Source: Polyangiales bacterium (GTDB taxonomy: Bacteria; Myxococcota_A; Polyangia; Polyangiales; CBDCBC01). From it: a DNA stretch of 64,000 bases. The notes under the pieces are model-generated. The model was not told the origin of the DNA and ran no database searches. It was given only the letters and a program-made list of their open reading frames with translations. Within the stretch, counting starts at the first letter, position 1. Every line of letters starts with the position of its first letter. A program made the position numbers and the translations under genes. Below, in pieces: positions 1 through 9,880 of the stretch. Location of the stretch: positions 20,820 to 84,819 of the forward strand of contig JBGAKI010000004.1 in assembly GCA_044224525.1 (NCBI GenBank), written 5' to 3'.

Positions 1-286
1 TGCGATCATTCCAGCGGCCTTTGCGACCACTTACCCCGTGCTTGGCGCGCTCAACTTGATGCAACTGCATTCGCCCACTACGGCGGTGATGTCGGCGGTG
101 ATCTTTAATGCGCTGATTATCGTGGCGCTCATCCCTTTGGCGCTGCGCGGCATTCGTTATCGCCCGCTGCCGGCGCCGCAGTTGTTGCGTCGAAATATTC
201 TTATTTACGGGTTGGGCGGTGTTGTCCTACCCTTCCCGTGTATTAAAGTCATCGATGTCGCCCTGACGGCGATGGGAGTCCACTAA
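1..286 (+). CDS. kdpB: K+-transporting ATPase subunit B, C-terminal fragment (5' end outside window)
   Basis: Frame is open from the window edge (AIIPAAF...[20 protein letters not shown]...NILIYGLGG), the typical KdpB C-terminus; stop overlaps the kdpC start (TAATG). Confidence 0.95.
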   Translation, partial: AIIPAAFATTYPVLGALNLMQLHSPTTAVMSAVIFNALIIVALIPLALRGIRYRPLPAPQLLRRNILIYGLGGVVLPFPCIKVIDVALTAMGVH

Positions 287-852
287 TGTCAATCGTTCGA
301 GCAGCCGCGGTTTTGTTAGTTTTCTTCACGCTCCTCACAGGCGTCGCGTATCCGCTCGCGGTCACCCAGGCGGCGCAGCGCTTCTTCTTGCACCAAGCTA
401 AGGGCAGTCTACGACGCCAGCACGGAAAGATCGTTGGCTCGGAACTAATCGGGCAGGCGTTTACGAATCCAGGCTATTTTTGGTCGCGGCCTTCGGCGAC
501 ACCAGGACGACCCTATCATGCGGCGGCGTCGGGCGGGTCGAACCTTGGGCCGCTCAACCCTGCGCTGCGTGAGGCCGTGGTCGCGCGCGTGAAGGCGTTG
601 CATGACGCTGACCCCGGCAACATGGCGCCCATCCCGGTCGATTTGGTCACCGCGTCAGGGAGCGGTCTTGATCCGCACATCTCGGTCGCGGCGGCTTATT
701 ATCAGGCGCCGCGCATTGCCCGCGTGCGCGGGCTAAGCCTTGCACAAGTCAAGCGGCTCGTGCATTCACATGTTGAAGATCGCACCTGGGGGCTTCTGGG
801 CGAGCCGCGCGTTAATGTGCTCAAACTCAACCTTGCACTGCAAGCGCGATGA
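286..852 (+). CDS. kdpC: K+-transporting ATPase subunit C
   Basis: GSELIGQ, YFWSRPSA, SGGSNLGP, VTASGSGLDPHIS and GEPRVNVLKLNLAL motifs. Confidence 0.97.
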   Translation: MSIVRAAAVLLVFFTLLTGVAYPLAVTQAAQRFFLHQAKGSLRRQHGKIVGSELIGQAFTNPGYFWSRPSATPGRPYHAAASGGSNLGPLNPALREAVVARVKALHDADPGNMAPIPVDLVTASGSGLDPHISVAAAYYQAPRIARVRGLSLAQVKRLVHSHVEDRTWGLLGEPRVNVLKLNLALQAR

Positions 853-3551
853 ATCAGGAACCTTTACGCCCCGATCCCGATGTGCTGCTCAAACGCGTTA
901 ATGCGGAAGCAGCACGCGATAAACGCACCACTCTTAAGGTGTTCTTTGGGTTTGCACCGGGTGTAGGGAAAACCTATGCGATGCTCGAGTCAGCGCAGCA
1001 TTTGCGCAAACTCGGTGTCGATGTGGTGGTGGGTTGTGTCGAGACCCACGGTCGCGCAGAAACGGCAGCGCTGACCGAGGGCCTTGAAGTTTTGCCACTG
1101 CGCATCGTCGAGTATCGCGGCACTTCGCTGCACGAGTTTGATTTGGATGCGGCGCTCAAGCGAAAACCACAAGTGTTGTTGCTCGACGAGTTAGCGCATA
1201 CGAACGCGGCCGGTTCGTTACATGAAAAGCGCTTTCAAGATGTGCTCGATTTACTGGATGCCGGCATTGAAGTGCATACCACGCTTAATGTGCAACATGT
1301 CGAGAGCCTTAATGATGTGATTGCACAAGTTACCTCGGTGCGCGTACGCGAAACGGTACCTGACGCTATTTTGGATCGCGCTGATGAAATCGAGCTTATC
1401 GATCTGCCTCCCGAGGATTTGCTGGACCGCCTGCATGAAGGCAAAGTTTACTTACCCGATCAAGCGCTGCGCGCCGCGCAGAACTTCTTTCAGCGTGGCA
1501 ACCTGTTAGCGCTGCGTGAACTGGCGCTTCGGCGTACCGCTGAGCGCGTGGATGCAGACGTACAAGCGCATCGTGAGGCCCACGCGATTGAAAAGACTTG
1601 GGCAGCGCAAGAGCGTATCTTGGTATGCGTTAGCCCAGCGCCTGCGTCTGCGCGCATTGTGCGTTCAGCGCGCCGAATTGCGGCGGGGCTGCGAGCGCCT
1701 TGGATCGCGCTGTATGTTGAATCGACCACGGCGCCACCCTTATCGCAGGACGCGCGCGCACAACTTGATGCAAACTTGCGCCTCGCCGCTTCGCTTGGCG
1801 CCTCGGTGGTGCGCATGAGTCACGCAAACACCAGCGATGCCCTGCTCGATTATGCACGCAAACACAACGTAACGCGTATTATCATTGGCAAACCCACCCA
1901 CTCGCGTTTACGCGATTTGCTACTAGGGTCGCTTCTCGATCAGGTGGTGCGCGGCAGCGGTGACATTGAGGTGCACGCAATTTGTGGTGATCCCACTGAA
2001 AACAATGTCCGACCTGCGCCACATAAACCAAAGGCATCTGCGTTTAATCTGCCGAGCTTTATCTGGGCCGCTGCTTGGGTGATGCTCGCGACTTTCGTCG
2101 CGTGGGCGTCAAGACAGGTCCTTTCGCTACCTGACCTGGTCATGCTTTATCTAGTTGTGATCATGATAGCAGCGGTGCAGCATGGACGAACACCGGCGCT
2201 CTTCGCGGCGGTGCTATCGGCAGCAGCGTATGACTTCTTTTTTGTCCCGCCTTTTTTTACCTTTGCCGTTAGCGACACACATCATCTTTTAACCTTTGCC
2301 ATGATGATCGGCGTGGGTGTGTTGATAAGTAGCCTGACCATGCGTATTCGTAACCAAGAAGAGAACGCACGCCATCGCGAGGCACGCACGGCCGCGCTTT
2401 ACGCGCTTAGTCGCGAACTCGGATCAACGCTTGATGAAAACCAAGCCGCACAAGTGCTGTCGCGGCACGCCTTTGAGGTGTTTGAAGGTGGCACTGCGGT
2501 GCTTCTAGCCAAGGGCACGCAGGGACTTGACCTTGTGGCGCATGCGGGCGCCATCACGCTGGGGGCCGCAGAAAATGCGGTAGCGCGCTGGGTGCTTGAA
2601 CACGCCAAACCCGCGGGGCTTGGCACCGACACACTGCCAGGGTCGCGTGTGGTCTGTGTGCCGATTGGGGCGAGTGAAAAGGACAACCGTGTGGTCGGCG
2701 TGCTTGCGCTTGCACCGCGCGACGCGCTCTTGTTTGATATGGAAGCGCTTACCTTCCTGGAGGGGTTTGTGCGCCAAGGTGCACTTGCGATTGAGCGCGC
2801 TCTGCTCGCGGATGAAGCAAAGAGCGCCGCGCTTCGTGCGCGTACAGAAGAGATGCGCAGTTCGCTGTTGAGCGCGGTGTCGCACGATTTGCGCACGCCT
2901 CTTGCGACGATCACGGGCGCCGCCACCACGCTTCGCGACAACTCAGCGCGTGTGTCGGATGCTGAACGCAATGATATGATCGAAACGATTTGTGAAGAGG
3001 CTGAACGCCTTGAGCGATTGGTCACCAACTTATTAGACATGACGCGCCTTGAAGCGGGGCTTCGTGTGAGGCGTGAATGGGTTCCCCTGGAAGAAATGGT
3101 AGGCTCTGCGCTCAATCGCCTAGAGAAAAAGCTAAGGCGCCATACGGTGCGCGTCGAGCTCGCCTCAAACTTGCCGCTTTTGTCGGTTGATCCGGTGCTC
3201 TTTGAACAGGTGCTCGTGAATCTGTTAGAAAATGCAGCCAAGTACAACCCTCAAGGCACCGTGATTGAGATTGGAGCTGAGTACACGCCAGGTGTGGTAA
3301 CTATTCGTGTCGCCGACCATGGCGTTGGATTTGCGCCAGGCGACGAAGGCAAAGTCTTCGAGAAATTCTATCGCGGAGCACAAGTAGGAACCAGCGGCGC
3401 AGGGCTGGGATTGGCCATTTGTAAGGGCATTGTTGAAGCGCATGGCGGCTCTGTTAGCGCGAGCTCGCGCAGGGAGGGCGGCGCCGTGTTCACTATTCAA
3501 TTGCCGCTGAGGGACGCCCAGCCCCCCTTGGCCCCGGAGGTCGCGTTATGA
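849..3551 (+). CDS. kdpD: Osmosensitive K+ sensor histidine kinase KdpD
   Basis: GFAPGVGKTYAML, LLDELAHTN, Usp-like domain, 4 TM segments, GAF, H-box SHDLRTPL, NLLENA, GLGLAI. Confidence 0.97.
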   Translation: MNQEPLRPDPDVLLKRVNAEAARDKRTTLKVFFGFAPGVGKTYAMLESAQHLRKLGVDVVVGCVETHGRAETAALTEGLEVLPLRIVEYRGTSLHEFDLDAALKRKPQVLLLDELAHTNAAGSLHEKRFQDVLDLLDAGIEVHTTLNVQHVESLNDVIAQVTSVRVRETVPDAILDRADEIELIDLPPEDLLDRLHEGKVYLPDQALRAAQNFFQRGNLLALRELALRRTAERVDADVQAHREAHAIEKTWAAQERILVCVSPAPASARIVRSARRIAAGLRAPWIALYVESTTAPPLSQDARAQLDANLRLAASLGASVVRMSHANTSDALLDYARKHNVTRIIIGKPTHSRLRDLLLGSLLDQVVRGSGDIEVHAICGDPTENNVRPAPHKPKASAFNLPSFIWAAAWVMLATFVAWASRQVLSLPDLVMLYLVVIMIAAVQHGRTPALFAAVLSAAAYDFFFVPPFFTFAVSDTHHLLTFAMMIGVGVLISSLTMRIRNQEENARHREARTAALYALSRELGSTLDENQAAQVLSRHAFEVFEGGTAVLLAKGTQGLDLVAHAGAITLGAAENAVARWVLEHAKPAGLGTDTLPGSRVVCVPIGASEKDNRVVGVLALAPRDALLFDMEALTFLEGFVRQGALAIERALLADEAKSAALRARTEEMRSSLLSAVSHDLRTPLATITGAATTLRDNSARVSDAERNDMIETICEEAERLERLVTNLLDMTRLEAGLRVRREWVPLEEMVGSALNRLEKKLRRHTVRVELASNLPLLSVDPVLFEQVLVNLLENAAKYNPQGTVIEIGAEYTPGVVTIRVADHGVGFAPGDEGKVFEKFYRGAQVGTSGAGLGLAICKGIVEAHGGSVSASSRREGGAVFTIQLPLRDAQPPLAPEVAL

Positions 3552-4267
3552 ACCAGCCTGGTCCTTTGGTGTTGATAGCGGAAGATGAAACACAGATGCG
3601 GCGCTTCTTGCGCGTGTCGCTGAGCGCGCACGGGTATCGTTTGCTTGAAGCGGGCACGGGTTTAGAAGCGACACAACTTGCCACCACGCATCATCCGGAT
3701 TTGCTGATTTTGGATTTGGGTCTGCCGGATATTGATGGCGTTGACCTGACAAAACAACTGCGCGAATGGAGCCAGGTGCCAATCATTGTGATTTCGGCAC
3801 GCGGCAAAGACGACGACAAAGTGCTCGCGCTCGACGCGGGCGCGGACGACTACGTGACCAAACCCTTTGGCGTGAGCGAACTGCTCGCGCGCATGCGCGT
3901 CGCGCTTAGGCACGCTGAACAGCGCGGCTCGAGCGTGGAAGCGCAGGCACTTGAGTTCGACGGCCTAAATATCGATTTGGTCAAGCGCGTTGTCACGCGG
4001 GATGGAGACGAAGTGCACCTTACGCCCACAGAATACAAGCTACTGACTTTGCTCGCGAAGCATGCTGGCAAAGTGATGACACACCGACAGATCCTAAGTG
4101 AAGTGTGGGGTTCAGCCTACGCATCACAAACACACTATGTGCGTGTGCATATGGCCGAACTGAGAAAGAAAATTGAAGTCGACCCAGCGCAGCCTAAGCT
4201 GCTCGTGACTGAACCAGGTGTTGGTTATCGATTACGCAGTGCGCAAAACGAGACGGTCGGTTCATAA
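3548..4267 (+). CDS. kdpE: Response regulator KdpE (OmpR family)
   Basis: LILDLGLPD receiver domain, GADDYVTKPF, TEPGVGYR winged helix; ATGA overlap with kdpD. Confidence 0.95.
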   Translation: MNQPGPLVLIAEDETQMRRFLRVSLSAHGYRLLEAGTGLEATQLATTHHPDLLILDLGLPDIDGVDLTKQLREWSQVPIIVISARGKDDDKVLALDAGADDYVTKPFGVSELLARMRVALRHAEQRGSSVEAQALEFDGLNIDLVKRVVTRDGDEVHLTPTEYKLLTLLAKHAGKVMTHRQILSEVWGSAYASQTHYVRVHMAELRKKIEVDPAQPKLLVTEPGVGYRLRSAQNETVGS

Positions 4268-4315
4268 GCACGATGCTAAATACTACTGCGAATCGCTGAG
4301 CGTCATAACAGCTTT

Positions 4316-5026
4316 TCACTCGACCAGGGTTGCGACAGGCGCTGCTTCGTAGGTGACTTTGATCCGGGCGCCGACGGGGTTCGCCTGACTTGCTTGTGTT
4401 TCGCGTGTGCGGCGAACAACAAGCGTGGCCGGGCCTTTTGGGCAATCTCTAAGCAATGCGGGTTCAATGACGATTGTATTCGGGTCTGTCGTGCGATTGG
4501 CAAACGTGAAAGTGTAAGCGGCTTCTTGTTCTGGGATAACTTCGACCTCTATGCCTTCGTTTTCAGCGTTTGCGTCGCCACGCCAGGTGAGCACAGTGTT
4601 TTTTGACCGACTGATCAACTGCGGGGCGTCGATCAAAGAGACCTCTGCAAGCGCTGCAACATCATTTTCAAAAACGTCTCCGTGGTTATTGACATAGTGA
4701 AAATGACCCGACGTTGAATCACCATCAGCGCTCGTAACATGTTCGAAGGCGGCTCTTACGTACTCGAGTCTAACATCATTAAACGTGACAAAAGAGTCGC
4801 CCGCCAGCTTGAGCACCTTATGCGAGTCGACGGTGGGCTCCAGGTAGAAGCTGGCGCTGGCTTCATGCCGACGCTCGCTGACTCTGTAACGCACTGCGTA
4901 ATCAACTTTAATCGCGCTCTGCTCGATGTTATTGGCATTTGAAGGTACCCCGTCTGAGAACCTCATCTCATCACCGCAAGCGGCAAGCATGCTCCATACA
5001 ATGAATAATAGCGTTTTGTTGCGCAT
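4316..5026 (-). CDS. Hypothetical lipoprotein
   Basis: 236 aa ORF with signal peptide and lipobox LAAC; beta-rich sequence. Confidence 0.7.
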   Translation of the reverse strand: MRNKTLLFIVWSMLAACGDEMRFSDGVPSNANNIEQSAIKVDYAVRYRVSERRHEASASFYLEPTVDSHKVLKLAGDSFVTFNDVRLEYVRAAFEHVTSADGDSTSGHFHYVNNHGDVFENDVAALAEVSLIDAPQLISRSKNTVLTWRGDANAENEGIEVEVIPEQEAAYTFTFANRTTDPNTIVIEPALLRDCPKGPATLVVRRTRETQASQANPVGARIKVTYEAAPVATLVE

Positions 5027-5178
5027 AACTTTTAGACTCGACTACGTACGATTGTGGACAAAAGAAACAAGGGAATGACGAGTTTCTTGCAGTACGACTG
5101 TACCCTAGAAAGGTATGCCGATACCGGCGACGCGTTGAGCAGAAGCATTAGAACGCGCATCGTGGCAGCAAGGCCACG

Positions 5179-6501
5179 TCAACTTGCGTCAGAGCCGTCT
5201 CGTCGGGGGATAATAAGGTGGTGACAGGATTCGGCGCAACTTGTGTTTGCTGAAGGAAAGTCACATCGATTAAGGACACATTCCAACCAACGCCCGGTCG
5301 GCGATTCTAAGTCAGTTCTAACAAAACCATCCGTTTGTATGATCACTCGCGATGCCGGAACGTTCTGATGTAAAACGTCGAAAGAGGATGGATTCAACAT
5401 ACGATCAATGACGGGCAAGAGATCATGGTTTTGAGCGTCGACAACTTCACGTATCGACTTTTGATAGTCCGCCCAAACTTTGCGTGCCTCGTCGGTTCGA
5501 TTAAATGAAGGCACACAACCAGGTATAAAAGCGCACGCTGGTAAGCTACCTGCTAAGCGCGTGTTCAGACCGAGCAGCATGTTACGACCGCTCGCTTGGG
5601 CGTAAGCCGTTACCGGTCCTCCGGAATCGCCATACTGCACCTGACCCAAGCCATTTTCGTAGCTGATCGACCACTGCCAGAGCAGGCGTGCAAGGCGACT
5701 GTCGGTCGGCGCCAGGTTAAAAAGTTTCGTCCAGAACATGCGCACGAGATCGTCAGTGCGATTTCCGTAAACGAAATATGAGAAGGTGGTTTCGATGTCG
5801 GTTTGGGTAATAGCGTTTTGAAAGTTGTCAGGCAGCGTCTTCTTAACAACGGTTTCGCTTCCATTAGAACGCTCAAACGCCCAACGACCATCTCGGCGGC
5901 CACCATTGATGGTTACGTCGCGATTCTTACTCCAATCGCCATTCTCGGAAAGCTCGACTGAGGCTAGCCCTTCGATGCCCTCATCGGAAAAACTTCGTGG
6001 CCACCTGATAGCAGCGACATCTTCGTAAGGCAGTTGCGCGGAATCAACACCGGGATGGTAAATAAAGTGAAGCGCCTGAACGGGCTCACAGTGTGCTTGG
6101 TTTCGTCCGCCGGCACCTATTCGCGCATTGGGGACGACACATAGAAAGCGTTTTACACGATCATCGTTGCATTCTTTCCAGGAACCGTGATCATACGATT
6201 GATTTTGCTCGGCAGGAAAATCAATACAGTGGTGCGCGGTGATCAGAAGTCTGCTTTTGGGTCCGCGAAACATCCCTGAGCAGCCTGTGACCGCTGATCG
6301 CGCGTCCTGTTTCCACTTGCGCTCAAGTTGCTCTTTGCTTCTTCGTGAGTCGACCACAAAAAATATCATGGCATTGGGGTGGGCTGGTCGGGCGTCTGGA
6401 TCATGGATCGCGTCGTCGCGGGTTTGACTGGTTGACGCTACATCGCTTCGACACCCACTAAGCAAAAGAATGCCGATAAGAACAACACGCTTTAGTTGCA
6501 T
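5179..6501 (-). CDS. Trypsin-like (S1) serine protease lipoprotein
   Basis: ITAHHC (His), EDVAAI (Asp), GDSGGP (Ser); start moved to ATG 6501, giving MQLKRVVLIGILLLSGC with a lipobox. Confidence 0.8.
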   Translation of the reverse strand: MQLKRVVLIGILLLSGCRSDVASTSQTRDDAIHDPDARPAHPNAMIFFVVDSRRSKEQLERKWKQDARSAVTGCSGMFRGPKSRLLITAHHCIDFPAEQNQSYDHGSWKECNDDRVKRFLCVVPNARIGAGGRNQAHCEPVQALHFIYHPGVDSAQLPYEDVAAIRWPRSFSDEGIEGLASVELSENGDWSKNRDVTINGGRRDGRWAFERSNGSETVVKKTLPDNFQNAITQTDIETTFSYFVYGNRTDDLVRMFWTKLFNLAPTDSRLARLLWQWSISYENGLGQVQYGDSGGPVTAYAQASGRNMLLGLNTRLAGSLPACAFIPGCVPSFNRTDEARKVWADYQKSIREVVDAQNHDLLPVIDRMLNPSSFDVLHQNVPASRVIIQTDGFVRTDLESPTGRWLECVLNRCDFPSANTSCAESCHHLIIPRRDGSDAS

Positions 6502-6515
6502 CGATTGGTATGCGA

Positions 6516-6532
6516 TGCAGGAATCGTGCCAA
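6516..6532 (-). promoter_or_regulatory. Putative sigma54 -24/-12 promoter of the protease gene
   Basis: Minus strand TTGGCACGATTCCTGCA is GG-N10-GC with a TGGCACG -24 element, just upstream of ATG 6501. Confidence 0.6.
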
Positions 6533-6789
6533 CTTTCGTTCGCAGTGATCACGCAGCTATCATGACTTAGGGGCGATTTTTTGGCGGATCAAGAAGAGGT
6601 GATGTCCAACCTCTGCGACGAACGCGTCGAGAAACCTCATTTGTTGGGGCTAGCGCTTCCGATGGTGAGTGGGTGTACCCCTTTCGTTAGAGCACGAGAC
6701 TCACCTCGGACCCGGGGACTTGAGTCCTTGTAATTACACTGCTGTAGAACTTTAGGGCGAAATCATTAGAGAATTCGGCGGCATAGACT

Positions 6790-7812
6790 TTGCTTGTAAT
6801 TACCAACATGCGAGTTGGTTCATACCTTAACTTAAGTCATGTCTTGGCTTTGGCGTACGTGGGCTTTGCAGCGCATGCATGTGTCGCGGGCTCCGGCGAT
6901 GAACTGGGATCAGGCGGCGACGGTGTGTCGTACTCAACCGGCAACCTTGATTTTCAGTGCGACCAAACACGCTTTAGCTGCGAGGCTGACCTTAGCAGCT
7001 TACGTACCTGTCCAAATGGGCGCGGCGAGCTCAGTGCTATGCTTGTGGTGGCCTTTGAAAGTGCCAATACGCTCAACTACAACGATGCGGTTCGGTGGAA
7101 GAGCAGCGTGGCTAGCTCGAATGCCGAACTTGCGACTTACATCAGTAAAGCGAGTGCCAAGGGGGGCACCTATACATTGCTCTCTGCGAACAAGAAAACG
7201 CTTGTTAGCCAAGGGCCCATGGCTTCTGCCACAGGTGGAACAGTCATTGCTGTCAACGCCAATGCCACGTTCGAGATCAGCGATCCGCAAGCGTTCTTAA
7301 GAAAGCTCGTCTTTGCTGCCAATGATTTGGCCAACCAGAAAGGTACGACCAAGTTTGCGCACATCACGGCGTCGGGCTCCGCAACGCTCACTTGCGCGCC
7401 GCAAGACATCACCGCGCCGCCGCAACCTGGCGATCAGCCACCTAGCGATACGAATCCAAGCGATCCGGCCAATCCCACCGATCCCGTGACACGCGCCGAC
7501 GACGCGCCGCGCTGCAAAACAACCGACGCTTATGGTGTGGGTGACCCCAACTTTCATACGAAGATCCGGCTTGCGTCCGATCCAAATACAGTCTTGTATA
7601 AACTCGCAAACGACGAGCACGTGGTGATCGATCTGAGTAAGAACATTAATCGCAATCCCACCCTGCCCGGTCTTGCCAACGTCACCTGCGAGTCTCAATA
7701 CGGGTGGTGGCCATTGATTTATAATGGTCAGGCCGCCTACGCGTGCTCTGGAGGCAAAGCTTCAACGAGCTCGCCCTCACAGCCATGGCTGGCCTGTACA
7801 TCGCCTTTATAA
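6790..7812 (+). CDS. Hypothetical secreted/lipoprotein with Pro-rich linker and possible C-terminal SH3b-like domain
   Basis: Hydrophobic N-terminus ending AHAC; PPQPGDQPPSDTNPSDP linker; C-terminal KIRLAS...GWWPLIYNGQAAY. Start may be ATG 6808. Confidence 0.65.
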   Translation: MLVITNMRVGSYLNLSHVLALAYVGFAAHACVAGSGDELGSGGDGVSYSTGNLDFQCDQTRFSCEADLSSLRTCPNGRGELSAMLVVAFESANTLNYNDAVRWKSSVASSNAELATYISKASAKGGTYTLLSANKKTLVSQGPMASATGGTVIAVNANATFEISDPQAFLRKLVFAANDLANQKGTTKFAHITASGSATLTCAPQDITAPPQPGDQPPSDTNPSDPANPTDPVTRADDAPRCKTTDAYGVGDPNFHTKIRLASDPNTVLYKLANDEHVVIDLSKNINRNPTLPGLANVTCESQYGWWPLIYNGQAAYACSGGKASTSSPSQPWLACTSPL

Positions 7813-7841
7813 AGCTAGAGCAGTTTTGGCTTGGCTTCGAG

Positions 7842-9200
7842 CTAGAACCAGGCGGTGGCGCCGACGGTCAACGTGTCTTGTGACTTGCGGTTAACAACAA
7901 AAGGTACCGTACTGCCGTCGCCGATCACACTGCCACCAAAAAACATGTTGCCTTGCGCTTGATCGTGGCGGTACTCGAGCATAAACGCGATATGATCAAC
8001 GGGACGATAATCGAGCGTCAGCGTTTGTGAGCTGACCCATTTGGCTGGCCAAAAGATGGCGCGCGCGGTGCCTAGGTTGTTTGACGCCACGTGTTCATAG
8101 AAAATGTCGCCACGTCCCACCACAAAAAGCCGATCGATGATTTCATAACGCGCATAGGCCGCGGTGGCAGCCCAGCTGCTGGTGCCAAAATGGTTGGGTT
8201 CAAACCCAGCGTCGACATGCCACATCAACCACAAGCGGCGCGACGCGTGCCAGTTGGCATAGCCGTCGTACAAATGACGCCATGCCCTGCCCTCAGGCCC
8301 GCCTGGCTGCCGTTCGACACCTGAAAAATAGACAAAGCTTAGTTGTAAGTCTGTATTGGGTGTGTAGTTGGCTTGGGCCGATACCGATTTTTCGTTGTTG
8401 TTGTCGCCAATACTATTCCAGCCATTATACGTGCCTAAGGTGAGCGCCCACTGATCGGTTAACGCATACGTGGCGCGCACACCTGTGTGGTAGAACGGTA
8501 AGCCAAAAAATAAGTTTGAGCGCGACCAGTTCCAATTACTATTAACGGGCACCGTTTCCGGACCAATGGGCGTTAAGAAAAGACCAGCCTGAATCAAGAG
8601 CCCACGGCCAATGGGTGCACGATAACCCACGTAGGCTTTTTGTAAGTGCCGCCACAACTCACTGCTGGTCGCGTTGACCGATGATGTTCCCGAATAACCG
8701 GGCTCTGACAAATAGTAGCTGCTCGGTGTGTTGCCCACTTGCAGTGCAATGCGCGCTTCCAGAAACGAGTTGTCCCATAACGCATCGAGCACCGCGTTCG
8801 AGATGGTGAAACTGTTGTGCCGGTTGTCAAAACCACGAAAGTTGGTGATGTGATTGCTCGGCCGGTTGACGTTCCATTGATAAAACCCTTCGACATAACC
8901 GCTAAAGGTTAAAAAGGCGCTTTGATCTTCGAGCACGACACCCTCAAGGCTCTTTTTCTTAGGCATCACCGACGCAGCGGCCGAATCGGCCGGTTCATGG
9001 TGCGCCACTTCGTGGGCGCTGGGTCCGCCGCCTACACGAATACGCGTGGTGGGTGTGGTGCGCGTGGGTTCGGTGATCGCATGATCGCTTGGCGATGATT
9101 GCGCCAATAGTGGCGCGCAAATCAGTTGCAAACCCGCGAAAAATGCAAGGGCAAGCACACTTGAGGCATTCAGGGAGTTGTTTTTTCTGATATGCGGCAT
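7842..9200 (-). CDS. Outer-membrane beta-barrel porin (BBP2/DUF1597-like)
   Basis: Signal peptide, FSGYVEGFY, NWNWSRSNLF, PFYHTG, YNGWN, LEYRHD, C-terminal aromatic WF; start moved to ATG 9200 to avoid overlapping the thioredoxin gene. Confidence 0.8.
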   Translation of the reverse strand: MPHIRKNNSLNASSVLALAFFAGLQLICAPLLAQSSPSDHAITEPTRTTPTTRIRVGGGPSAHEVAHHEPADSAAASVMPKKKSLEGVVLEDQSAFLTFSGYVEGFYQWNVNRPSNHITNFRGFDNRHNSFTISNAVLDALWDNSFLEARIALQVGNTPSSYYLSEPGYSGTSSVNATSSELWRHLQKAYVGYRAPIGRGLLIQAGLFLTPIGPETVPVNSNWNWSRSNLFFGLPFYHTGVRATYALTDQWALTLGTYNGWNSIGDNNNEKSVSAQANYTPNTDLQLSFVYFSGVERQPGGPEGRAWRHLYDGYANWHASRRLWLMWHVDAGFEPNHFGTSSWAATAAYARYEIIDRLFVVGRGDIFYEHVASNNLGTARAIFWPAKWVSSQTLTLDYRPVDHIAFMLEYRHDQAQGNMFFGGSVIGDGSTVPFVVNRKSQDTLTVGATAWF

Positions 9201-9232
9201 TATCTTTTGCGCAGAGTTATTGAGGAGCACAG

Positions 9233-9880
9233 ATGGCCACCATTGAAGCCAACGATACAACATTCCAAAAAGAGGTGATCACCTCAGAATTGCCCGTACT
9301 TATTGATTTGTATGCCGATTGGTGCGCCCCGTGCAAACAAATGGCACCTATTATCGAGCAAGTCTCAGACGAGCTGGACGGTAAAATCAAGGTGGTCAAG
9401 GTCAACGTCGATAAATCGCCATTGGTGGCGCAAAGCCTGCGCGTGCAGTCGATCCCAACCCTGATGCTTATTTACCAAGGCCAGCTCGTCAACCAACACG
9501 CGGGTGCAATCGATAAAGCCAATCTTTTGAAATTTGTGAAACCGGTGTTGCCGGCAGATGCTGCCGAGGTAACGCCAGCAGAACTTGCACAGTTATTACA
9601 GAGCAAACAAGCGGTGCCTATCGATATTCGCGAAGCGGCCGCATATAAGCGTTATCGTATTCCCGGCGCGATCAACATTGAGGCCAGCACCCTTGATGCC
9701 AATGTTGACAAGCTTGGTACCCAAGACGGCCGCGTGCGCATCTTATATGGTCGTAGCGGCGACGAAGCGCGTACTGCCGCCGAATCGCTAAAAAACAAAG
9801 GTGTGATGGTCGGCTTTTTGGTAGGTGGCTTCTTACACTGGGAAGCCGATGGTTTGGATGTAGAGCGAGGCGCGCCTTAG
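9233..9880 (+). CDS. trxA: Thioredoxin fused to a rhodanese-like domain
   Basis: YADWCAPCK, VQSIPTL; C-terminal IDIRE...RIPGAINI...LVGGFLHW rhodanese fold. Confidence 0.85.
   Translation: MATIEANDTTFQKEVITSELPVLIDLYADWCAPCKQMAPIIEQVSDELDGKIKVVKVNVDKSPLVAQSLRVQSIPTLMLIYQGQLVNQHAGAIDKANLLKFVKPVLPADAAEVTPAELAQLLQSKQAVPIDIREAAAYKRYRIPGAINIEASTLDANVDKLGTQDGRVRILYGRSGDEARTAAESLKNKGVMVGFLVGGFLHWEADGLDVERGAP

Noticed and set aside
2399-3247. 282-aa minus-strand ORF
   Set aside because: Antisense shadow of kdpD with Ser/Arg/Ala-biased composition.
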